NCBI GenBank assembly: GCA_036172245.1
Contig: JAYWIR010000002.1
Span: forward strand, 3,596,001-3,660,000
Source of the DNA: Raillietiella orientalis
Taxonomy: Eukaryota
Direction: 5' to 3'
Length of the DNA stretch: 64,000 nucleotides
The position numbers and the translations under genes are program-made. This document shows positions 38,358 to 48,300 of this stretch, piece by piece. The notes below the pieces were generated by a model, which saw nothing but the letters and a program-made list of their open reading frames with translations, was not told where the DNA came from and did no database searches. Every line of letters starts with the position of its first letter. The stretch's first letter is position 1.

Positions 38358-39420
38358 AGACATAAGACGGGCAAGAGGAATCGTTCTCCCGAGGAGGATG
38401 TTTTGAAACCAAACGTCGCGGCGGAGTCGCGGAGGCTGGAGCAGCAGCAGCTCCCACGCATGCGCAGGAAAGCAGCGCAGCGTCGATATTCCAGCTTCGC
38501 CTTTAATGACTTGACGTGTACGGTGCGTGCCGCTGTGGACGTTCGCTCCCTTCCCAGTTTCCCGAAGCGCACGTGTTGTCCCAACCTGGGTACTCAGAGC
38601 GTTCAGATGTCTTCGGTTGACATCGAAACGTGCGCGCTCGCTCTGCTCCCATCTGATGCAGAGGAGAGTCCGCAGGACTCGGCCTCTCTCTTTTCATTTT
38701 TCCTCTTTTTTATTCCCCTCCCCCCCTCCGTCCTGTGTTCCTTCATCCTCGGGGGGGGGGGGAGATAATGACTTGTGCTGGAGGCATTTCTTATCTGTCT
38801 GGAGATTGCCGATTTTTGCTCACGCCTCTGCGCAACGGAACAGGAAGCGGAGAGGGGGGGGTCACCGGAAGGGACATCGCGCCGGAAAAAGTTTCCAGCA
38901 GATGGGCATCCGAGATCCTCCACCTGCTTCTGTTTTCCTCCTCCTCCGGAGCCCGTGAGTCTTCCTTCGTTGCTGGGTTTCGCGCGCGTCGCGGGATGAT
39001 CCTGCACGAACAACAATCGCTGTTCCTCCCCTTTGGCCCCCCTTCCCATCCTCTCCATTCCCAGCAGCTCTTGTCCGCTTCCCCTACGAGCCAGTAAAAC
39101 GAGAACCCAGTAACGAGGCCTCTCTGGAAGACCGGAAATTTTTCGCCGTCCGCGGCGGTAGGTGGTGGCTCGACATCCCCGATTGACCCTATTCCTCCCT
39201 CCCCGGAATGGTCAGGCGGTCAAGAGAAAGGAAAATGCAAAGCCCGGAACCTTCCACTTACGCTCGCCCAAACCTCCCGCCGAAGAGAAGGTTACAGTGA
39301 GAGGATCGAGGAGCATGCCGAATAATCTTCCAGAACTGAAGAGAAGGTTCGAGCGCTCCTGAACTCTTCCCGTTCGTCGTGACCTCGCAGAGTTGCCACA
39401 GCCGTGCAACAATGCATTTG

Positions 39421-40030
39421 TTCATTTATTTATTTATGCAGCGTTGGACGCAGGCACCGAAAGCGTTCAACAATGTCGCGTACCAATGGGTGAGCCGACT
39501 GAACGGCCTCGTCAGGCGGACGACCGGTTTGGGTACCATGACAACGGTCTCTGAGACGCTCGCAGTAGCGTAGGAAACGTTTCGTGGTGCCATTCGTGGG
39601 GCACTCCCGACACTGCAAGCGCCGTGGCAGCCCCAGCAACGCAGCAGCTGGACTCACGATTCAACGTGAACGTCTCGATCCTCAGCAGCGAGCTAAGCAG
39701 CTTCCCGGTTTCTTCCCCAAGTGGGTCCTGTGCTCCCCGCTCTCTTCTCTTCGGAGGCACTTGACGGATGGAATTCCCCGTGCTCCTGGCGAGCGCGGAC
39801 ACCTTCTCTTCCCGGCTCCCTGGATCCTCTTCCCTGAAAAAAGCTCGATGGCGAAGGAGGAACCGCCCCGTGAAATTTTTCGGGACTCCCGAGAATTTTC
39901 CAAGCAACGGAAGCGGTCCTCCCTCTCGCCGTTCCCGCTGCCATCTGGGAACCAGTATCTTCCCGGCCGGCCGGTCCTTCTCGACGCGAGCGGTCTTGCT
40001 GATCCCTCCAGGCTGCCGCGAGGGTCGATA
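39421..40030 (-). mobile_element. Decayed RNase H-bearing (I-group-like) LINE 3' end with a (TAAA)n tail
   Basis: Three minus-strand segments in order: 'RYWFPDGSGNGEREDR' (cf. W.P...G..GNE.AD), 'KLLSSLLRIETFTLNR' (cf. L.RLRIGH..LN) and 'QCRECPTNGTTKRFLRYCERLR' (degenerate C-x2-C...T..H.L..C knuckle). These are followed by TAAATAAATAAAT at ~39436-39424. Confidence 0.6.
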
Positions 40031-40765
40031 GCGCTCCCTCGGCTCCTCTTCAACTAGGCCTTCCCCTCCCAATGGAGCCGAATGGCTCCGTCGCCAACGT
40101 GCGAGAGGTCCCGAGGAGCAGAAGGCAGGGGAAGGGAGCAGGGCACTTCGGGATCGCGCTTCTGAGAGTTTCTCACCCTGGAGTCATGCCCCTCGGCACA
40201 GCCCCTCCTCTCCCTCGTGAAAGGTGACCTCGGACGTGCCTCCCGCGAGCGAGACGTGCGACCGCCTTCGTGCGCTCTCTCGCCGCCCACTCCCGAGACC
40301 ACAGGGGTCCCTCCCCCCCGGCAGGTTCGGCGCTCCAGGTTCCGTCCTCCCTTCTTTTGCAAGCGCAGGTTCCTGGGTGCGTGCCAGGTGGCGGTTGCCG
40401 GAAAGGGTCGCTCGCGCAGCCTCCTTGGTCTCGTGTCAGCGCCCCTGCCCTGGAGAACCCTGGCGACTTCCGCCTCCCGGTTCTCCCCCTCACCGGACAA
40501 GGGCTCTAGGGCAAGGAACATCCGACGCTCCACGGGATGGGAAGGGGAAGGAGACCAAGAATCCTCTCTCGTAAACTCCGCCGTTTTTCGTTCCCGCGGT
40601 GCCTCGCTTGGCGACTCGCAAAGCGGGCGAACATCTGCCATTCGTATCTTCCGTTGAAGGTGGAGCCCACATTCACTTGTCTTCTCTGCCTCTGCTTTGC
40701 CCTCTCCTTTCGCGCCCCCTCGACGTCATCCCCGCACTGTAGGGGGGCATTTCTTTTCTCGGCAG

Positions 40766-42966
40766 CGTCGCCCCTGGTCTGCTGCATCTGCCGGATGTGC
40801 TTCCACTCGGCGTGGGAGCTGCTGAAGCACGCACAAAGGAGCCACAGCATCCAGATCTACGCCGAGTCCCCTAGTGAAGGAGCGGGCGCGACGTGCGCTC
40901 CACAGGAGGAGGGGGCAGCGAACGCACACGGGTCACCTCCAGCGCATCACCCTCCGCCTGCCGACTTGCCAAAGCTGCTGCTGGAGTCCTCCTCCTCCTC
41001 TTCCTCTTCCTCCTCCTCCTGCAAGCCAGCAACGGACCTGCAGCGCGCCTTGGACGTCTTCCGCAAGCCGCTGTCCGAGAAGGCGCAGACCGGCGGACGC
41101 TCATCCCTCCTAGCGAGCGCCAATACGCGCGACTTCCGCATCGACCGCATCCTCTCGGACCAGTTCCGCTTCGCCGCGGTTGCCGCAGCCTCTTCCCCGG
41201 GAATCCACCACCATCTGGTGTCCCCTTGCGAGCCCGCCGCCGCTCTGCTGGACGGAGCTGCAGAGCGGGAGTTGTCGTCCCCCACGTTCTCGCACCACCA
41301 GCCTGCCGTCGGAGGGGGCAACAGCATATCGAACGCCCTCCGGGACTTTTACTCCCAGCGCCTCCGGCAGCTCGTGGACCCCTCCTCTCTGGGTCGCTTC
41401 CCTGCACCCCACTGCCTCGGGTCGCCGGTCTTCCCTTTCCCTGAGGCTCCAGGGACCGACATCCCGAGAGACCTTGATCAGCGGCCGGGAGCCTCCCCTG
41501 CCTCTAGGACCTCCGGTCGCAAGCACCGCAAGAGGGATTCGAAGGGGGTCGCCTGCGACGTCTGCGGGAAGGTCTTCAAGCTGAGAGCCAAGCTGGAGAC
41601 TCACAAGAAGAGGCACCAGCTGAAGATCCTCCAAGGTCCTGCTGCTGCCGACGGCTCGGCGAGTTCCCGCGAAGACGTCGGCGCGGGGGAAGGACAGCCG
41701 CAGTCTTGCAGAGAGCGCCGCCTCAAGGAGGATGACAACGGTGCTGTGCCAATCAAAGCGGAAAACCCCGGAGACGCCGCCGCACAGGAGGGCGAAAGCA
41801 TCGCTGAGGAGAAGAATCGTCCTCCAGGGAGCGGCGGCGACGGGGATGACGCCTCTCCCTCAGCGCCTGATCGCCGGAACACACTGATCCAGGAGCTCAT
41901 CGAGAACACCGGACTGGTGGACATCCAGGAGTACAGTGAGGCGTACGACCAGGCCCTACGGGAGTCCAACGCGGCGGCAGAGGAAGGAACGCGGCGCCAG
42001 AACTGCGACGCCCCCTCCGGGCAGGCTGGCGGCGGCGGCGGCAGCGGCGGCGCGTGCTTCGATTTTCCCGGTCTGCCCGCCTCCGCGGAGGACGTCCTCA
42101 ACGGCGAATTTGGCGGCATCGGGGCGAGGAGAAACTGCTGGGGCGGACTGGTGTCCGACTACCGCCTGGGCGGCCACGTTTTCACTGGCAGTGGCAGCGG
42201 ACTGACCTACCCGCTACTCGCCTACGAGGGAGCCTTCTGCGACAAGCAGCTCAAGGCTTGCCTGGGCTCTGCCTCGCCCTTCGGAAAGGGTGCGACGGCA
42301 TCTGATGTCTGGGCGCCGCCGTCACCGCTCCTGCCCCCTCCCACGAAGGAGAACTGGTTCTCCGCTTCCAAGGACGACGGTGCCTTACCCAACTCAGTTC
42401 CTAGCCAGCCTCACCACCGGTGCAGGGGTGCGGGAGGCGCTGCGGCAGCAGCGGCAGCGGCTGCCGCCGCTGCTGCTTTGTTACTGTCCTCTTCCTCCTC
42501 CTCCTCGATCCCCGGCGCGTCCCTATCTTCCTCTTCCTCATCCTCTCCCCCACTACTCCTCGCGGCAACGAAAGCCACCGGCCGGAGGAACGACACGTGC
42601 GAGTTCTGCGGAAAGGTGTTCAAGAACTGCTCTAATCTGACGGTGCACCGAAGATCGCACACCGGCGAGAAGCCCTACAAGTGTGACCTGTGCTCCTATG
42701 CGTGCGCCCAGAGCTCCAAGCTGACGCGGCACATGAAGACCCACGGCCGCACGGGCAAGGACGTCTTCCGATGCCGCTTTTGCGACATGCCTTTTTCCAT
42801 CGCGTCCACCCTGGAAAAGCACATGCGCAAGTGCGTGGCTAGCCAAGGAAGAAAGAGCTCCTCCTTGGTTTACGCCTCGCTGGCACCCCCAGCGTCTGCG
42901 TCGGCGGTGGAGGAGTCTGCTAAGCGCAAGCACGCGATGAAGGCCGCAGGCGGCGGCTACTTTTGA
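40766..42966 (+). CDS. BCL11A: BCL11-like gene (paralog A), large terminal coding exon: ZF1, one central C2H2 finger, C-terminal triple zinc-finger cluster, stop TGA
   Basis: Acceptor tttcttttctcggcag|CG is in phase 1 with exon 2. The exon encodes [27 protein letters not shown] (ZF1), the [10 protein letters not shown] motif, the [25 protein letters not shown] motif, and [81 protein letters not shown]. The last is nearly identical to BCL11A/B ZF4-6. Confidence 0.95.
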
Positions 42967-43582
42967 CGATGGCATGCGTTCCTCGTTTCTTTTTTGTTCT
43001 TTCTCTCTCTCTCTCTACCCTGTTCGCGTAGTGTGCTGCAGTGTTCGCCGCTGCAGCGCCAGGGCTCTCCTTAGTCCTTTAGACTTTGAGAAGTAACAGT
43101 GCAGGCGGAAGAAGAGAGGTGACCTCCGGCTCCCAGGGTGCATTTTGCTCTCCCCGTTACCTCTTCCCCCCTCACAAGTCTCTCTCCTCCGTTGAACAAG
43201 ACAAGGAATTTTTATCCTGATGCCCAGGTGTTTTGCAAACGGCGCTGGATCCGGGAACGACGAAGTGTAGAGTTTTTGACCTCCATTACCATTCTTCTGA
43301 TACGTTTGTATCCCCAGCCCACCCCTTTGCCCTCCTCTTTCGTTGCATTCCGCCGGAAGTGCGGGGCAACTCCTGCAAGGATCTGCATTGTCGGTCTTTG
43401 CTTCCCCCCCACCCCCTCATCCCTTCCCTCCATCTCACGGGATCTCCTCTTGAACGAAGAGTCGAATCCCCAGAATTCCCTTCTCGTCACAGGTGTCCCT
43501 GAAAGCATATTTAGAATATAACAAAGAGAACGTTATTAAAAAAGAAAAAAGCCAGGAAACCAAAAAAAAATCTTTTTAAGTT

Positions 43583-43588
43583 AATAAA
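43583..43588 (+). promoter_or_regulatory. Candidate polyadenylation signal of the BCL11-like gene
   Basis: First AATAAA seen after the stop codon (~620 nt downstream), in an AT-rich patch. It is preceded by ATTAAA (43535-43540) and followed by a T/GT-rich tract near 43621. Further AATAAA hexamers occur at 44.9-45.8 kb. Confidence 0.45.
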
Positions 43589-44549
43589 AACGTAAATTAT
43601 TGTCAGCAAGACATGGCAACTCTGTTTTTCGCTCTGGCGTTTGCCTGGTTTCCGGGAGAAAGGCTGGAGAAAGGTGAGAGTTTTTCCGGGACGAGAAGGA
43701 TGCGCCGCAGCCGTAACGACTGTTAAAAGATTCTGCTCATCCTGGAGAGGCTCTTCCTTTCCCTCCTTCATTGGAATGAAGATGTCGGGAAGAATTGCCA
43801 CGGAAAACACGTTCGGAGCAGAGTGATGGGTATGTGTCTCAACCAGAAAGGTGATCCGTTTTCCAGGAAAGACGGAGAGACTCTCTTCGTCTTTCCTTTA
43901 TCTCTGGTGGACGACGAGGACTGACGAACCTGGATTGACTGTTTCCTGCATGCAGCAAGCTGCGCTGTTGCTTTTTCTTGTACTTTTTCGAAACGGTGAA
44001 AGTCCGATGCTCATGGGAGCAGGAGGCTTCTCAGGATTCTGGACCGCACCGCCTATCGAAAAGCCCTTCGGTTGTCCGAGGCCAATGCTGATTCGTCTCT
44101 GTGTTTCCACACGAGAAGAAAGTGCACCCTTTGCTTGTCATCCCTTTGCCGAGGTGGGAAGGTCTTGGTTCTCTTCAAGCAAACAAGAGTCACCGCCTCC
44201 TGTTTCTCTTCCCTCCCCCTTGTAGATGAAGAGTTTTCTCCGGAAAGGGTTCAGGTTCTCCTCCTTCGCTCTCGATGCGTGCAGCCGATGGACGTCTGGG
44301 ACTCGCAACCGTGCTTCAGGAAGAGTGAAGCACACGTTCGCAAGAGAAGACTTTGAGGGCTCGGATGCATCCTCGCATTGGGGCTGAAGTAGGGCACTCT
44401 CCTGTTTCGAGGAACCAGTGGGTCTTCTCGAGCCGGCGTGCCTCCCGCCTCCTCCCTTCTCCTGGAAATCGTTTTCATTGCCTCCGCGTCAGCCTAGACT
44501 AAGTGCTCTCTCGAATCTCGATTTCTGGATTCCTTTCCCTGGACTCCCA

Positions 44550-45260
44550 ATCCTCCTCCTTTCGAGTGTCACTTTATTTCTCAGCTTTAAGTCATTGGCC
44601 GAGATCGACAAGAAAGAACTACAAAACACGAAAGCAGCTTGGATCAAAGGAAAATAGATATGTGAGAGGTTGGGGGAACACAGGTCCTGGTTCTCTCCTA
44701 GTCTAGAGGGAGGACTGTGAAGATGTCACCTCATTCTCACTATCAGTGTGAGTCAAGCTGTGGCACTGAAGCCAAAGAGGTTGCAGGCTGTGGACAGTGT
44801 AGGTGCAGTCTCTGGTCTCTCCTTCCTCCCATCACTCCCCATCAGTGCGAGGAGGAAGAAGAAGAGAAGCAAATAAAAGTGAGGGACACCAGTGTGCAGA
44901 GTGCGAGGGGGAAGAAGGAATTCTGATCAGCGATCCGGAATGCCTCGATAACTGCGCACTGCCATCATTTCTTTCAAACTCTGAGAAAAACTAGGACCTT
45001 ACTTAAGAAGGGTGTTGTTAGTTGGCACAATCACGAAACCAGTAAGCCCTAACGCCACAACGGCCCCGACGAAGTTGATCCAAGGGAAGCATCCAGAAAC
45101 TCCCGGAAACGCGCTCCACCTGCCATCCACCAGAAAGGATTAAAAATTCCAGTGGGTGTGGAGCATCGCCTCTCAGCGGGAACTCGCGAAGAGATCACTT
45201 GAGATGCACGTGAATCTCCTTCCCTTTCTTTGGAAGCCTTTGATTCAGAGCATCCCACCA
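44550..45260 (+). mobile_element. Possible decayed LINE ORF2 relic (linker into the RT N-terminus)
   Basis: Frameshifted hints in the expected order: 'SLWSLL', 'REANKS', 'NGPDEVDP' (cf. PGPDGI.P) and 'KIPV/WSIA' (cf. IP..WK.A). Weak. Confidence 0.25.
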
Positions 45261-47049
45261 GGCGGTGACAAGTTTGGCACTTATTTGTGAATAAAACATA
45301 AGGGAACCTCTTTTAGGGCGAAAGAAGGATTTACAACGCAACGTTACTCAAGTAGAGCTGCCTGCGTGCCTGAGAGTGTGCGCGCACAAACGCAAGACGG
45401 CACGTGGATGCGCGCTCCATAAACAGAGCCGTCTCATTGTTACACTTATTCTTAGATCGTAAGCATTGTTACGGAGGCTATTAAAAGTTGTTACTCCTGA
45501 CAACGGATTCCAAGCAACCCGTTGACAAGCGCATCATCTAGCAGATATGTGTGTATTCTACTGCGCAGAAGAATCTCATGCTTTCCGGCTTCCATCGGTC
45601 CTGGCGTGGCGATATTCGTTTGCAGGATGCGAGGAAGCTGCGTGAACTCTGCTGATCAGCCAGGAATGCGTGGCGAATAAATTCGAAGAGGAAGCCGAGG
45701 AAAAGAAAGAAGAAAGATCAACTGCCCAGAAAAATCGGAAAATAAGAATCAGACGGCGGAATAAAAATTACTTGTTACTTTTATTTTCGCAGGCGTCTTC
45801 CAGTCTACCCCAATGGCTGCAAGGAATCTGTTTGTGTGTTAGTAATAAACTCACAGAAGCTGTCATGCACAAAAACGTGATGGTTAACTTGACAATAGGA
45901 AATGGTCTCCTGGAGAGAAACGAATGCCCCTTCCGTCTATGAACCATTTTTGTAGTTTTTTTTTTTTTTTTTTTCATGTGGAAGAGAGAAATCTGAAAAC
46001 TTGGCTGAAAAAAGACAAAAACATCAACTGTGATTTCTTGAGGAATGGTTTCAGGTGCGAAATATTCCGAATCGCAGTTCATGGAAAGAACAGCATGGTG
46101 CTCGAACTGTGACCTCTCATTCAATCCTGCATCCAATCACTCATCTTATCCTTCTCATAATCGTAAGACTATATGCTCTTTCGAAATACAGAATCACGCA
46201 GATAATGGTCCTAATCTCTGAATTTCTGCTGCAATAATTTGTTTTCAGGTATTTTTTCTTCAAATTATTTTTTTGCTCTCCTTGGCTCGTTTGATGTATT
46301 CGTTTTGACACTTAAATTCTGATGGATTAAGTGTCTGAACAATTAGTTGGGACACAAGGGAACCTCTGGACAATTTGTGAAAGAGAAGTGACAGAACTTT
46401 CCAGACCAGGAAAAGTACCGAGGCTACAAATTTTCATACCATGCGTCCACGCATTGCCGTCCACTGAGGCAAAATCCATTGCAAAGACTGATTGATATGT
46501 TTGACGGTGTGAAAACAATATCTGCCGTTTCCGTGAAGCACCTGTTTTCATGAAAGGAGGATGCCAAACTTCACGAAGCTCTACAACATTGGTCAAATTT
46601 GCATGTCTTTCCCTATACAAGTTTGACTTGGTGAAAAATATGCCCAGGAAATCTACTTTCACTTGATTGGGCACTCTTCGGGATGTTTTTTTTTTTTGGT
46701 CCCTGAAACGACTTGAAATCAGGTATCAATTCCGTTGATAAGCAAGCACTTTTTGGCATACGTTACGAAAGGGTTACCAAGCAACCTATGAAGAGGAGTT
46801 CAGCGCGTGCACAGACATGCACTTGCTGCCGGTTTTGCATACGATCCCTGTAATGTCTGTGGTGCTAGCCAAGTGGACGACTGTTAAATTTTCATGGAAA
46901 TGGAAATGTATTACTCGCTCCAGATGTAAGCCATGTTCAGTGCTTACGGGAACGTGGCTGGTGTGTTGCTGGGCAGTCGGTACGTCGTCTTGTAGTTACG
47001 GCTTGCTTACGTTAGCAATCGAGACTGGCTACAGACAGACGCGCACTCT

Positions 47050-48300
47050 GGTTAGATAGGCTTGCTTGGGATACCTAAGCTCGTACAAGAGCTTCGATGA
47101 GAAGATCTGCAGGAGAATCTAAAGGCGCTGCTAGGTTCGCTGAAAATCAGCGAAACGAGAGGAATGGACGCTCTTTTCTCGAGCTGCGTTCCTGTAGCAA
47201 GAGCTGAAGCAGCTGTTAGATAGGAGCTAAAGAGTAGAGCGGGGATGCCCTTGCTCTTCAAAATGGAAGAACTGCAAGCTGAAAGTGTCACCCTGAAACC
47301 CGTCTTCTGCTCTGGAGGTGCTGTGCTGAAGAGTAATCGAAAATGCATCCCTGGGCAAATGCCAGTCGTCAGATCAGCAAGAGAGCCACCAGGCATAGGG
47401 GTGTAGAAGAGAAAGGGGTAGAGGAGAGAAGAAGAGAAGGATGGGCACAGTGAAGAAGTTCTCATCGCCTATACATGATGTGGGGACTCTCAAACGCGGG
47501 AGGGAAGCAATGGCGGTAGCAGCAGCAGCGAACAGGTAAGGGGGAGGAGCGGATGGCGGGAACTGAAGCCCTCCACGTAGGGAGGGGGGAAGAAGGAGGG
47601 GAACAGCAGGGCAAGCTGGCCCGAGAAGCGGCCGAGCCCGAGACCCAAAGAGTGGTCCAACTCACGTGACCTTCGCGGCGTGGTCGGATGGATATACAGA
47701 CGGGGACGAGGGAGGAGAATTTCCGGAGACCCTTTGGCAGCGGGAAGTGAAAGAGAAGGAGGATCGGGACCTGCACCGAGCCTCCTCCGCAGCTGCATCT
47801 TGGCGTCTGCTCGTTTCTGTTGCCTCGGGGAAAATTTCCTTTCTGGGAGCATCTCTGGACGGCTGCCCAGGAGGACTTGCGGCGCAGCCAACCTGGTGAG
47901 AGGAGTCGGACTGGGAGGAAGCGGAAAGAAGCAGAGCGATGGTTAAGAGGAGGGGACCCCCAGGGGACCTCTTGACCAGACCCAGCTTTCATCATCCTCT
48001 CCCCACGGCTCTTCCTCCCTCCTGGACCTTCGATCCGGAGGACGAGGGCAGCAGCGCGTTGGCGTACGGAGCGGCTCTCCCTGCCAACCCTCGTCGGGGT
48101 CACATAGATTCCCCTTCTCTTCCCGACACAGGGGGAGTTTTCCAGCTCTCCTCCCCACTCGACACTTTCCAGAGGCCTCGAAAATCGAGGGCCTCCCTTC
48201 CCGGATCTGAGGCAGCAAAGTCCGCCTCAGGAAAGGCAATTCTCCCTTTTCCCTGGAGTGCCCGCCTCCCTTCCCGGCCCTACAAATCCCCATCTGGAAA
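47050..48300 (-). mobile_element. Decayed LINE reverse-transcriptase relic
   Basis: Minus-strand frameshifted motifs in RT order: 'ALDFRGLWKV' (cf. LDF.KAFD.V), 'AGSGQ/RSPGGPLLLTI' (cf. GVPQGSPLGPLLF.I), 'RKFSPRQ' (cf. L.FSP.K), 'ELDHSL' (cf. .LD..L.W), 'FDYSS' and 'QLEKRASIPL'. Confidence 0.4.

Noticed and set aside
40537-40765. N-terminal 76 codons of the 809-aa ORF
   Set aside because: No BCL11 similarity. It lies upstream of a good phase-1 acceptor at 40764-40765 and is treated as intron. The alternative AG at 40741-40742 is phase 2 and incompatible with exon 2.
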